DNA from: an uncultured Candidatus Rokubacteria bacterium
GTDB lineage: Bacteria; Methylomirabilota; Methylomirabilia; Rokubacteriales; CSP1-6
DNA length: 64,000 nt
Assembly: GCA_963758635.1 (NCBI GenBank)
Contig: CAVWWD010000003.1
Coordinates: forward strand, 128,001-192,000
Direction: 5' to 3'
In this document: positions 1 to 10,804 of the stretch, one piece after another
Layout: every line of letters begins with the position of its first letter
Position numbering within the stretch: the stretch's first letter is position 1
Made by a program: the position numbers and the translations under genes
Notes under the pieces: generated by a model
Told to the model about the DNA's origin: nothing
Database searches by the model: none
Seen by the model: the letters and a program-made list of their open reading frames with translations, nothing else

Positions 1-24
1 AAGTCCAGCTAACACACCGAATCC

Positions 25-708
25 ATGGTCATCCTCGGCCGGCCCGTCCCCGCGATTCTGCGCGTGAGCCTGCGCGGGATGGCATGCCTGCTCACACTCG
101 TCGGACTCGCGGCCGGCTGCGCGCCAACGCTTGCCGAGGTCCGCGCAAAACCTCCTGTGCGCATGCTGGAGGTCCCTGGCAGGTACGGCGACCTCGGCGG
201 CTGCGTTGCCGCCGGGCTGCAAGTGGCGCCGTCCGCAGGCATGTGGGGCCCCCTGAAAACCGGTGATCTTCGGCTCGAGATCGTGCGGCGCGACGATCAG
301 CAGAGCATGACGTTGACCGCATTCTCCCCGGCCGGCATGAACGTGCCTGCCTTCGACCTCAGCTTCCGGCAGGGCGGAGAGCAGGTAAGGATCGAGCAGC
401 GGGCGGGTCACATCGGCCGTGCCGTCCTCGACGAGGCGTGGGGGATCGTCCAGCAGTGCGCCACGCGCGCGAGGGCGCGCGTAGGCGCTGAGCGGCCGGG
501 ACGCGCCCCGAAGCGCCGCCCCCTCGGAGATCATCGTAGAAAGGTTCGGCTGAACCCGGGCGCTCGCCGAAAGGGCGTACCAGGAATGTCCGGATCGGCA
601 TCGATCGTTCCGGCCGGCCTTGTGGTCTTCCTCCCGTTGACGCCCGCGATCGATCGACCGGAACGTAGCGCTGGGGGCGGTTGGCGCGTCTCTGCGGATG
701 TGGCATAA
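25..708 (+). CDS. Hypothetical lipoprotein; true 3' end probably near TAG at 482-484 (possible +1 error)
   Basis: Signal peptide with lipobox-like LAAGC; protein-like to ~QQCATR, then Arg/Pro-rich shadow-like tail. Confidence 0.5.
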   Translation: MVILGRPVPAILRVSLRGMACLLTLVGLAAGCAPTLAEVRAKPPVRMLEVPGRYGDLGGCVAAGLQVAPSAGMWGPLKTGDLRLEIVRRDDQQSMTLTAFSPAGMNVPAFDLSFRQGGEQVRIEQRAGHIGRAVLDEAWGIVQQCATRARARVGAERPGRAPKRRPLGDHRRKVRLNPGARRKGVPGMSGSASIVPAGLVVFLPLTPAIDRPERSAGGGWRVSADVA

Positions 709-741
709 TGCGCGCGCCAACGGGGAAAAGGACACGCATTG

Positions 742-1642
742 ATGGGAACTTCGCTCCCCCTCCTGGAGTCGCCGGCGCGTCCGGCGTCACCCAAGCCGCC
801 CTGGCTCAAGGTCCGAGCGCCCGGGGGGCCGCGCTACCTCCGGCTGAAGAGCCTGATGCGCGAGTGGAACCTCCATTCGGTGTGCGAGGAGGCCCACTGC
901 CCGAACATCGGGGAGTGCTGGGAAGATCTGACCGCCACGTTCATGATCCTCGGCGACGTTTGCACGCGGAACTGTGGCTACTGCGCGGTGACCCACGGCC
1001 GACCGGTGTGGGAAGACCGGGAGGAGCCGGAGCGGGTGGGGCGGGCCGTGCGAGAGCTGGGGCTGGAGCACGCCGTGATCACCTCGGTGAACCGGGACGA
1101 CCTGGCCGACGGCGGCGCCGGTGTCTTCGCGGCCACCGTCCGCGCCATCCGGCGCGAGGCGCCGGGATGCCGGGTCGAGCTGCTCATCCCCGACTTCCAG
1201 GGGCGTGAGGACGCGCTCCGGACGGTGATCGACGCCGGTCCCGACGTGCTCAACCACAACACGGAGACGGTGCCGCGGCTGTACAAGCTGGCCCGGCACG
1301 GCGGCCGGTACGAGCGCACGCTCGATCTGTTCGCCCGGGCTCGCGCCATGGCCCCCGGGCTCCTGACGAAGTCGGGCATCATCCTCGGGCTCGGCGAGGA
1401 GCGCGACGAGCTCCTCGCCACGATGCGCGACCTCCGCGCCGTGGACGTGAACGTGCTCACGCTCGGGCAGTACCTGCGCCCGTCGCCCGCGCCACCTCCC
1501 GGTGGCGCGCTTCTACCATCCGGACGAGTTCCGCGACCTCGGCGACGCCGGGCGGGCGATGGGGTTCGTCCACGTCGAGTCCGGACCGCTCGTGCGGTCC
1601 TCGTACCACGCCAAGCGTCACGTCCCGGGAGGCGGGACCTAG
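742..1642 (+). CDS. lipA: Lipoyl synthase, with apparent +1 frameshift at ~1488-1492
   Basis: [12 protein letters not shown] and CTRNCGYC motifs; after QYLRPSP the +1 frame gives [13 protein letters not shown]...[12 protein letters not shown], ending TAG 1640-1642. Confidence 0.93.
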
Positions 1643-2010
1643 ATCGGAGTACGTCCCGATCCCCTGCATGGTCTGTTCGCGGTCGGCCTCTGGGTGCGGT
1701 GGTCGGCGTGGCGCGCCTCCTCGGCATCCCGTCGCTCATCGCCCCCAAGCGCCTCACCGCGGTGAAGCTCGAGCCGTTCGAATGCGGCAAGGACCCGGTG
1801 GCCCTCCCCGAGGGCCGGTTCGCCATCAAGTTCTCCACCGTCGCGATCTTCTTCATCATCTTCGACATCGAGCTCCTGTTCGTCTGGCCGTGGGCCGCGC
1901 TGTACCGGCAGCTCGGCTGGTTCGGCTTCGTGGAGATGATGGTGTTCCTTGGCATCCTCATGGTGGGGTTTCTCTACATCTGGCAGAAGCGAGGGCTCAC
2001 ATGGGAGTAG
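1643..2010 (+). CDS. nuoA: NADH-quinone oxidoreductase subunit A; 5' end garbled by indels, start approximate
   Basis: KLEPFECG, FFIIFDIELLFVWPWA, YIWQKRGLTWE; position before nuoB. Confidence 0.85.
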
Positions 2011-2459
2011 GCAGCTTCTTCACGGGCAAGCTGGACGAGGCGCTCGGCTGGGCGCGCAAGTACTCCATCTTCCAGTACCCGTTTGTGACGGCGTGCTGCG
2101 GGATGGAATACATGGCGACGGCCTGCTCCCACTACGACGTTGACCGCTTCGGGGCCGGCCTGCCCCGCTTCTCGCCCCGCCAGGCCGACGTGCTCTTCGT
2201 GGTTGGCACGATCAGCCACAAGATGGCGCCGGTGCTCAAGCGCATCTACGACCAGATGTGCGAGCCCAAGTGGGTGGTGGCGTTCGGTGTCTGCACGTGC
2301 ACGGGCGGCTTCTACAACAACTACGCCACCGTGCAGGGGATCGACACCATCATCCCCGTGGACGTGTACATCCCCGGCTGTCCGCCGCGTCCAGAGAGCG
2401 TCATCGACGGGCTGATGAAGCTCCAGGACAAGATCGCGACGGGCACCCAGCGCTTCTAG
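2001..2459 (+). CDS. nuoB: NADH-quinone oxidoreductase subunit B
   Basis: TACCGMEY, SPRQAD, PKWVVAFGVC, VDVYIPGCPPRPE; ATG 2001 overlaps nuoA end. Confidence 0.95.
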   Translation: MGVGSFFTGKLDEALGWARKYSIFQYPFVTACCGMEYMATACSHYDVDRFGAGLPRFSPRQADVLFVVGTISHKMAPVLKRIYDQMCEPKWVVAFGVCTCTGGFYNNYATVQGIDTIIPVDVYIPGCPPRPESVIDGLMKLQDKIATGTQRF

Positions 2460-2514
2460 CGGCCCGCCGCGGGCGCGGGCTCACCGCCGGGCCCGGGAGG
2501 AGACACCCGACCGT

Positions 2515-3012
2515 ATGGATGGACAGGCGATTCTTGCGCGGCTCCGCGAGCGCTTCGGCGATCGCGTGCTCGAGACCCACGACCACCGCGGGGATCACAC
2601 CGCGGTCTTCGGCGTGGGGGTCATCGCGGAGGCGCTCGCCTTGTGCCGGGACGACGCGGCGCTCCGGTTCGACGTGCTCATGGACCTGACCGCGGTGGAC
2701 TACCTCCAGTTCCCGGGCCGCGAGGACGGGCCGCGCTTCGACGTGGTCTATCACCTGTACTCCATGACGCACAACCATCGGGTCCGGCTCAAGGTGCCCG
2801 TGGAGCAGGACGACCCGCAGGTGCCCACCGTCTCCGACCTGTGGCCCATCGCGAACTGGCTGGAGCGCGAGGTGTGGGACATGTTCGGCATCCGGTTCGC
2901 CGGCCATCCGGACCTCCGGCGCCTGCTCCTCTACGAGGAGTTCGTCGGACACCCGTTGCGCAAGGACTACCCGATCGAGCGCCGGCAACCCCTGATAGGG
3001 CCTGTAGTGTGA
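2515..3012 (+). CDS. nuoC: NADH-quinone oxidoreductase subunit C
   Basis: DLTAVDY, WLEREVWDMFGIRF, GHPLRKDYP; SD GGAGGAG upstream. Confidence 0.95.
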   Translation: MDGQAILARLRERFGDRVLETHDHRGDHTAVFGVGVIAEALALCRDDAALRFDVLMDLTAVDYLQFPGREDGPRFDVVYHLYSMTHNHRVRLKVPVEQDDPQVPTVSDLWPIANWLEREVWDMFGIRFAGHPDLRRLLLYEEFVGHPLRKDYPIERRQPLIGPVV

Positions 3013-3020
3013 CTTGCTTT

Positions 3021-3082
3021 TGCGAGGTGAGCCGAAGGCGAGCCGAGCGCACATGGGGATGATGTGGAAACGACCGTAGACC
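3021..3082. repeat. Intergenic hairpin element, copy A (related to 10549-10619)
   Basis: TGCGAGGTGA-[GCC-GAA-GGC]-GAGCCGAGCG...GTGGAAACGACCG shared with the nuoK/pdhA spacer. Confidence 0.7.
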
Positions 3083-3098
3083 AGCGAGTGCCGACCGC

Positions 3099-4475
3099 AT
3101 GAGCAAGACGACACGCGAGATGTTCCTCGGCGAAGGCACCCCCGGCGCGGGCGCCGACGGCACCCAGCACCTGTTCGTCAACCTGGGGCCGGCCCATCCC
3201 GCCATGCACGGGATCATCCGCATCTTCGCCGAGCTGGACGGCGAGTACGTGGTGAAGACCGACGTGGAGATCGGCTACCTGCACCGGGCCTTCGAGAAGG
3301 AGTGCGAGATCGGCCCGTACAACAACGCCATTCCCTTCACGGACCGGCTGAACTACGTCTCGCCGCTCATCAACAACTTCGGCTACTGCTCGGCGGTCGA
3401 GAAGCTCCTCGGGATCGACGTCACGGACCGCTGCAAGTACATCCGGGTGCTCATGAGCGAGATCTCCCGGATCTGCGATCACCTCACGTGCGTGGGGGCC
3501 AGCGCGATGGAGCTCGGGGCCTTCACGGTGTTCCTCTACATGATCAAGGCCCGCGAGTTCCTGTGGGAGCTCGTGGAGGACGTGACGGGGGCGCGGCTCA
3601 CCATCTCCTACGGCCGGGTGGGCGGCGTGAAGGCCGACCTGCCCGCCGGCTTCGACACCAAGGTCAAGACGGCGTTCGGCGAGACGCGCCAGGTGCTCGA
3701 GGAGGTGCACACCCTCGTCACCGGCAACCGGATCTTCATGGACCGCATGGTGGGCGTGGGTGCGCTCTCGAAGGAGGAGACGATCGCGTGGGCGATCACC
3801 GGCCCCCTCGGGCGGGCCGCCGGCGTGCCCTTCGACGTCCGGAAGGCGCAGCCCTACTGGGCCTACGACCGGATGCAGTTCGAGGTGCCGCTGGGGAAGA
3901 ACGGCGACAACTTCGACCGGTTCCTCGTCCGCATGCAGGAGATGGAACAGTCCATGCGCATCGCCGAGCAGGCGCTCGAGGGCCTGCCGGGCGGCTCCAT
4001 CCAGGTGGACTGGGAAGGGCACGCCATCGACCCCGCGCTGTTCGTGGACCGCGGCAAGCAGGGGAAGACCGAGGGCCTCCTCCTCGTCCCCATCCAGCTC
4101 TCGCCGAACCTCCAGGGCCAGGGTCGCGCCGCCCACGGGCGCGTGGACGTGCAGGACAAGCGCGTCGTGCTCCCGCCGAAGGAGACCGCGTACGGGTCCA
4201 TCGAGGGCCTCATGAACCACTTCATGCTCGTGATGGACGGTTTCGGGATCCGGCCCCCCGTCGGCGAGGCGTACTTCGCGGTGGAGGGCGCCAACGGCGA
4301 GCTGGGCTTCTACGTGGTCTCCGACGGCACCGACCGCCCGTATCGCGTGCGCTGCCGTCCGCCGTGTCTGCCGCCGGTCGCCGCGCTGCCCCGCATGATC
4401 GAGGGCCAGATGATCGCCGACATCATCCCCACCTTCGGCTCCGTGAACATGATCGGCGGGGAGCTGGATCGGTGA
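3099..4475 (+). CDS. nuoD: NADH-quinone oxidoreductase subunit D
   Basis: NLGPAHPAMHG, IGYLHRAFEK, DRLNYVS, GELGFYVVSDG, GELDR C-terminus. Confidence 0.95.
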   Translation: MSKTTREMFLGEGTPGAGADGTQHLFVNLGPAHPAMHGIIRIFAELDGEYVVKTDVEIGYLHRAFEKECEIGPYNNAIPFTDRLNYVSPLINNFGYCSAVEKLLGIDVTDRCKYIRVLMSEISRICDHLTCVGASAMELGAFTVFLYMIKAREFLWELVEDVTGARLTISYGRVGGVKADLPAGFDTKVKTAFGETRQVLEEVHTLVTGNRIFMDRMVGVGALSKEETIAWAITGPLGRAAGVPFDVRKAQPYWAYDRMQFEVPLGKNGDNFDRFLVRMQEMEQSMRIAEQALEGLPGGSIQVDWEGHAIDPALFVDRGKQGKTEGLLLVPIQLSPNLQGQGRAAHGRVDVQDKRVVLPPKETAYGSIEGLMNHFMLVMDGFGIRPPVGEAYFAVEGANGELGFYVVSDGTDRPYRVRCRPPCLPPVAALPRMIEGQMIADIIPTFGSVNMIGGELDR

Positions 4476-4696
4476 TGCGAAGCCACCATATGGAGGTCAT
4501 CGCTTGCGATGACCGTACAAAGATAGAGCGCGTCGCCCCCACGCCAGAGGAGTCTGGCGCGATCTCCGCAGTACGCGGCGTCGCCTCCACGCCAGAGGAG
4601 TCTGGCGCGATCTCTGCGGTACGCGGCGTCGCCTTCACGCCAGAGGCGTCTGGCGCGATCGCCGCAGTACGGGAGGCCTGGACGCGACCAGCATGA
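4475..4696 (+). CDS. Putative 73-aa repeat-derived mini-ORF bridging nuoD and nuoE
   Basis: ATG overlaps nuoD stop (TGATG), TGA overlaps nuoE start (ATGA); contains three 16-aa repeats. Confidence 0.35.
   Translation: MRSHHMEVIACDDRTKIERVAPTPEESGAISAVRGVASTPEESGAISAVRGVAFTPEASGAIAAVREAWTRPA
4531..4674. repeat. 3 x 48-bp tandem repeat with CGCCAGA-GG(A/C)G-TCTGGCG hairpin
   Basis: Units at 4531-4578, 4579-4626 and 4627-4674, read directly. Confidence 0.92.
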
Positions 4697-5180
4697 CCGC
4701 CGACGCCACGCGCCCTGAGTTCACGCCCGAGCATCTCGCCGAGGTGCGCCGCCTCCAGGGCCTCTACCCCGACAAGCGTGGCGCACTTCTCCCCGTGCTC
4801 CACCTGGCCCAGGACACGTTCGGCTACGTCTCCCAGGAAGTCGAGGAGTACGTGGCCGGCCTCTTCGACCTGTCGCCGGCCCACGTGCACGAGGTCGTGA
4901 CGTTCTACACGCTGTTCTTCCAGAAGCCCAAGGGCCGCCACGTGGTCGCGGTGTGCCAGACCCTGTCCTGTCACCTGATGGGGGCGAAGGGCATCATCGA
5001 GCACCTGGAGCGGACACTCCGCACCGAGGTCGGCGAGACGACGCCGGACGGGAAGGTGACGCTCCTCGCCGTGGAATGCCTGTGCGCGTGCGAGGGAGCG
5101 CCCATGATGCAGGTGGACGACCACTACGAGGTGCTGCTGACCCCGGACAAGGTCGATCGGATCGTGGGCGGGCTCGCCTG

Positions 5181-5181
<1 letters not shown>
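4693..5181 (+). CDS. nuoE: NADH-quinone oxidoreductase subunit E
   Basis: ALLPVLHLAQ, VVTFY, CQTLSC...ECLCAC [2Fe-2S] ligands. Confidence 0.93.
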
Positions 5182-6435
<1,254 letters not shown>

Positions 6436-6443
<8 letters not shown>

Positions 6444-8037
6444 GCTCACCATCAACGGCAAGGAGGTCGAGGTGCCCGCGGGCACCAACCTCATCGAGGC
6501 GGCCCGCGCCGCGGGCGCCGAGGTGCCGCACTACTGCTACCATCCCGGCCTCTCCATCGCCGGGCAGTGCCGCCTGTGCATGGTGGACATCGAGAAGGTG
6601 CCGCGCCCCCAGATCGGGTGCAACACGCAGGCCGCGGACGGCATGGTGGTCTCCACCGAGACCGATCGGGTGAAGGACGCCCGCCGCTCGATGATGGAGT
6701 TCCACCTGATCAACCATCCGCTGGACTGCCCGGTGTGCGACCAGGCCGGCGAGTGCTGGCTGCAGATCTACTACATGAAGCACGGTCTGTACGACCCGCG
6801 CATGGTCGACGAGAAGGTCCACAAGCCGAAGGCGGTGGCCATCGGCTCCCACGTGATGCTCGACGCGGAGCGCTGCATCCTCTGCTCGCGCTGCGTGCGC
6901 TTCTGCGACGAGGTCACGGGCACCGGCGAGCTCGGCATCTTCAACCGCGGCGACCACTCGGAGATCGGGGTGTTCCCCGGGCGCGCCCTCGAGAACAAGT
7001 ACTCGGGCAACGTCATCGACATCTGCCCGGTGGGCGCGCTCACCGACCGGGACTTCCGCTTCCAGGTGCGGGTCTGGTACCTCGACACGACGAAGAGCAT
7101 CTGCAACGGCTGCGCGCGGGGCTGCAACATCGAGGTCCACACCAGCCAGCGGCGGACGCACCACAACCAGGGACGGCGGGTGGCCCGGCTCAAGCCCCGC
7201 GAGAATCCCGACGTGAACCGCTGGTGGATCTGCGACGCCGGGCGGTACGGCTTCCGCTGGGTCGACGACGACACGCGCATCACCATGCCGGCGCGCCGCG
7301 AGGGCGCGGCGATGGTGGAGACCGTGTGGGACGATGTCCTCGGGCGGCTCGGCCAGGCGCTCCAGCGGTACCGTCCCGAGGAGATCGGGGTCATCGCGTC
7401 CCCGCAGATGTCCAACGAGGACCTCTTCGCCCTGCGCCGGCTTCTCGACCACCTGCGCATCGGGCACCGCGACTTCCGCGTGCCGCCGCGCGAGGCGGGC
7501 GACGAGGACAACCTGCTGATCCGCGCCGACAAGAACCCGAACACGCGGGGCGCGGAGCTCGTGGGGCTCACCCCGGCGCCGGGCGGGCTCGACACCGCGG
7601 GCATCCTCCAGGCCGCGGCGCGGAAGACCATCAAGCTCCTGTGGGTGCTGCACCACGACCTCGTCGTCTCGGGCCTGCGCGAGGCCGACGTCACCGCCGC
7701 CCTGTCCGGGACGGAGATGGTGGTCTTCCAGGGATCCACGGCGGGGAAGACGAGCGCGGCCGCGCACCTGGTGCTGCCGAGCGCGGCGTGGGTGGAGCGC
7801 GAGGGCACCTTCACGAACTTCCAGGGTCGGGTGCAGCGCTTCCGCACCGCGGTGCCCCCGCTCGGCGAGGCGCTGCCCGACTGGACCATCCTCGGCCGCG
7901 TGGGCGCGCTCGTCGGCGGCGCCGCCGCGCCGGAGCGCGCGGAGCTCGTCTTCAACGCGCTGGCCGCCGGGACGCCGGCCTTCGCGGGCATGACGTACCG
8001 GAGCATCGGCGACGCCGGGCTCGTGGTGAGCGCGTGA
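6436..8037 (+). CDS. nuoG: NADH-quinone oxidoreductase subunit G (short form)
   Basis: HYCYHP..GQCRLC, NHPLDCPVCDQAGEC, RCILCSRCVRFC, CNGCARGC. Confidence 0.92.
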
Positions 8038-9143
8038 GCGACCTCGCCGTCGACCTGGCGCTGCAGGCGCTGCCCGTCGCCTTCGTCATGTTCGTGGTGC
8101 TCAACTTCGGGGGGCTCCTCACCTGGGTGGAGCGCAAGCAGTCGGCGATCATGCAGGACCGGATCGGCGCCAACCGCGCGTCGATCTTCGGCATCCGCGT
8201 CCTGGGCCTCCTCCACCCGCTCGCCGACGCCGTCAAGATGCTCACCAAGGAAGACTTCATGCCGGCGCGCGCGGACCGGCTCCTCTTCCAGCTCGCGCCG
8301 TTCGTGTCGGTGTTCTTCGCCCTCGTCGCCTTCGCCTCGATCCCGTTCGGCGACCGCCTGATCATCGGCGACCGGACGATAGAGCTGCAGGCGGTGACCC
8401 TGAACGTGGGCATCCTCTACGTGCTCGGCATGCTCAGCCTGGGCGTGTACGGGCTCATGATGGCGGGCTGGTCGTCGGCCAACAACTACGCGCTCCTCGG
8501 CGCGCAGCGCGCCGCCGCCCTCATGATCTCGTCCGAGATCGCCATCGGCGCCTCGATCATGGGCGTGGTCATGGTGTACGGCTCGCTCAACATGCAGGAC
8601 ATCGCGCGCGGCCAGGGCCAGCCGCTCCTGCCCGGGGTGTTCGGCGCCTGGATCCCCGCGTGGGGGATCCTCACCCAGCCGCTCGCCTTCGTCCTGTTCC
8701 TCACCGCGGGCATCGCCGCGACCAAGCGCATCCCGTTCGACACGCCGGAGGGCGAGTCCGAGATCATCGGCTATTTCGTCGAGTACAGCGGCATGAAGTT
8801 CGGGATGTTCGCGATGGGCGACTTCCTGGAGACGGTGGTGATCGCGGGCATGACCACCGCGCTCTTCCTGGGCGGCTGGCAGGTGCCCTACCTCCAGCCC
8901 ACCGGCTTCGTGTTCCCGTGGGGCGGGGCGGTCGCGCTGCCGCACCTCGTGGTCGTCGGGATGCAGGTGGGCGCCTTCCTCCTCAAGGTCGTGATCATGA
9001 TCTGGTTCCTCATGCTGATCCGGTGGACGCTGCCCCGCTTCCGCTACGACCAGGCCATGCGCCTCGGCTGGCTGGGGCTCTTTCCCCTGTCGATCCTGAA
9101 CATCGTGCTCACCGGCCTCGTCCTCCTCGCGGTGGGAGCCTGA
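8034..9143 (+). CDS. nuoH: NADH-quinone oxidoreductase subunit H
   Basis: ERKQSAIMQDRIG, LADAVKMLTKED, RIPFDTPEGESE, RWTLPRFRYDQ; GTGA overlap with nuoG. Confidence 0.95.
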   Translation: MSDLAVDLALQALPVAFVMFVVLNFGGLLTWVERKQSAIMQDRIGANRASIFGIRVLGLLHPLADAVKMLTKEDFMPARADRLLFQLAPFVSVFFALVAFASIPFGDRLIIGDRTIELQAVTLNVGILYVLGMLSLGVYGLMMAGWSSANNYALLGAQRAAALMISSEIAIGASIMGVVMVYGSLNMQDIARGQGQPLLPGVFGAWIPAWGILTQPLAFVLFLTAGIAATKRIPFDTPEGESEIIGYFVEYSGMKFGMFAMGDFLETVVIAGMTTALFLGGWQVPYLQPTGFVFPWGGAVALPHLVVVGMQVGAFLLKVVIMIWFLMLIRWTLPRFRYDQAMRLGWLGLFPLSILNIVLTGLVLLAVGA

Positions 9144-9145
9144 TC

Positions 9146-9742
9146 ATGCCCTCCCGGTACGCTCCGCCCGGCCCCTCGATGGATCCGAAGCATCCGAACA
9201 CGCTGTCCCTCCGCCAGCGCTTCTACGTGGCGGAGGCCCTGGTGGGGCTGGGGCTGACCGCCCAGCACTTCTTCGGCAACATGTGGCGGCACACGCTCCG
9301 GGCCGTGGGGGTGAAGACGGCGCGCGGCGCCGTGACGATCCAGTACCCGGACGAGCGGCGCCCGTACTCGCCGCGGCTGCGCAGCCTGCACCGCCTGGTC
9401 CGCCGGGAGGACGGCTCCCCGCGCTGCGTGGCGTGCATGATGTGCGAGACGGTGTGCCCGGCCCACTGCATCTACATCGTCGCCACCGAGCACCCGAACC
9501 CCGAGATCGAGAAGGTCCCCGAGCGCTTCGACATCGACCTCGGCAAGTGCGTGTTCTGCGGGTACTGCGTCGAGGCGTGCCCGGAGGACGCCATCCGGAT
9601 GGACACCGGGATCCTGGAGTTCTCGTCGTACAGCCGCGGCGGCATGATCTACACGAAGGAGATGCTGCTGTCGCTCGAGCAGGCCGGGCCCAACGGCGTC
9701 CCGACGTCGCCGGTGCCGATCCCGGCCGACCGGACCGTCTGA
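9146..9742 (+). CDS. nuoI: NADH-quinone oxidoreductase subunit I
   Basis: TIQYPDE, CVACMMCETVCP and CVFCGYCVEACP ferredoxin motifs. Confidence 0.95.
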   Translation: MPSRYAPPGPSMDPKHPNTLSLRQRFYVAEALVGLGLTAQHFFGNMWRHTLRAVGVKTARGAVTIQYPDERRPYSPRLRSLHRLVRREDGSPRCVACMMCETVCPAHCIYIVATEHPNPEIEKVPERFDIDLGKCVFCGYCVEACPEDAIRMDTGILEFSSYSRGGMIYTKEMLLSLEQAGPNGVPTSPVPIPADRTV

Positions 9743-9746
9743 CCGC

Positions 9747-10244
9747 ATGGCGCACATCACCTTCTGGGCGCTCGCCGCTGTCGCCGTGGGGTGCGCCGCC
9801 GGCCTGCTCCTCCGCGCCAACCCCATCCACGGCGCGCTGTTCCTGGTCGGCAACCTCGCGAGCGTGGCCGGGCTCTACCTGATGCTGCGGGCGGAGTTCC
9901 TCGCTACCGCCCAGGTCATCATCTACGCCGGCGCCATCGCGGTGCTGTTCGTGTTCGCGATCATGGTGTTGATTCCCGGGAAGGAGGAGGTCGGGCCCGA
10001 CCCGCTGCGCCCGCAGCGCTGGCTCGCCGTCCCCCTCGGCGGCATGCTCGGGCTCGAGATCGTGCTCGTGCTTCGCTCGACGCGGCTCGCCGCGCCGCCG
10101 CAGCCCCAGCCGGTGGCGGGCGGGGTGGAGTCGATCGGACGGATGCTGTTCACCGACTATCTCTTCCCGTTCGAGGTGACCTCGCTGCTCCTGCTCTCGG
10201 CGATCGTGGGCGTCATGGCCCTGATGCGCCGACGGACCTCCTGA
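9747..10244 (+). CDS. nuoJ: NADH-quinone oxidoreductase subunit J
   Basis: [35 protein letters not shown]. Confidence 0.93.
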   Translation: MAHITFWALAAVAVGCAAGLLLRANPIHGALFLVGNLASVAGLYLMLRAEFLATAQVIIYAGAIAVLFVFAIMVLIPGKEEVGPDPLRPQRWLAVPLGGMLGLEIVLVLRSTRLAAPPQPQPVAGGVESIGRMLFTDYLFPFEVTSLLLLSAIVGVMALMRRRTS

Positions 10245-10245
10245 C

Positions 10246-10548
10246 ATGGTCCCCGAGTCCCATTACGTCGCGCTGTCCGCGGTGCTCTTCGTGATGGGCG
10301 TGGTCGGCGTGCTCGTCCGCCGCAACCCTCTGGTCATCTTCATGTCCATCGAGCTGATGCTGAACGCCGCCAACCTCGCCCTCGTCGCCTTCGGCCAGCG
10401 CCACGGCACCGCCTCCGGCCAGGTCCTGGTCTTCTTCGTGATGTGCGTCGCCGCCGCCGAAGTCGCCGTCGGCCTCGCCATCATCGTCTCGATCTTCCGG
10501 CTTCGACGTCGGCTGTCTGTTGACGACTTGCATACGATGAGATGGTAG
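10246..10548 (+). CDS. nuoK: NADH-quinone oxidoreductase subunit K
   Basis: [32 protein letters not shown]. Confidence 0.95.
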   Translation: MVPESHYVALSAVLFVMGVVGVLVRRNPLVIFMSIELMLNAANLALVAFGQRHGTASGQVLVFFVMCVAAAEVAVGLAIIVSIFRLRRRLSVDDLHTMRW

Positions 10549-10770
10549 TGCGAGGTGAGCGCCGCCCTGCGGCGCGAGCCGAGCGAATATGAAAATGCAG
10601 TGGAAACAACCGCAAACCCAGCCGTAAAGCAAAGCCCAGCCCAGGGCCGCGCAGCGGCCCGAGAGCGCGACAGCCGCGAAGAGAAGGGCGGTAGTGGAAA
10701 CCACCGCCCCCGCAGCAGGAACGCAAAGCCCAGCCGAGGGCCGCGCAGCGGCCCGAACGCGCGAGCGAGA
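10549..10770. repeat. Intergenic hairpin element, copy B, with internal 94-bp-period direct repeat and two GGGCCGC-GCA-GCGGCCC hairpins
   Basis: GTGGAAAC(A/C)ACCGC at 10600 and 10694; hairpins at 10644-10660 and 10738-10754; head matches 3021-3082. Confidence 0.8.
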
Positions 10771-10804
10771 GCACCGAAGACAACAACGCAGGGGGATTGA
10801 CTCG

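Noticed and set aside
739..2010. Apparent LipA-NuoA fusion ORF
   Set aside because: Created by indels; the LipA C-terminus with its own TAG is intact in the +1 frame.
4531..4674. 48-bp palindromic repeats as a CRISPR array
   Set aside because: Units are contiguous with no unique spacers, and no cas genes are present.
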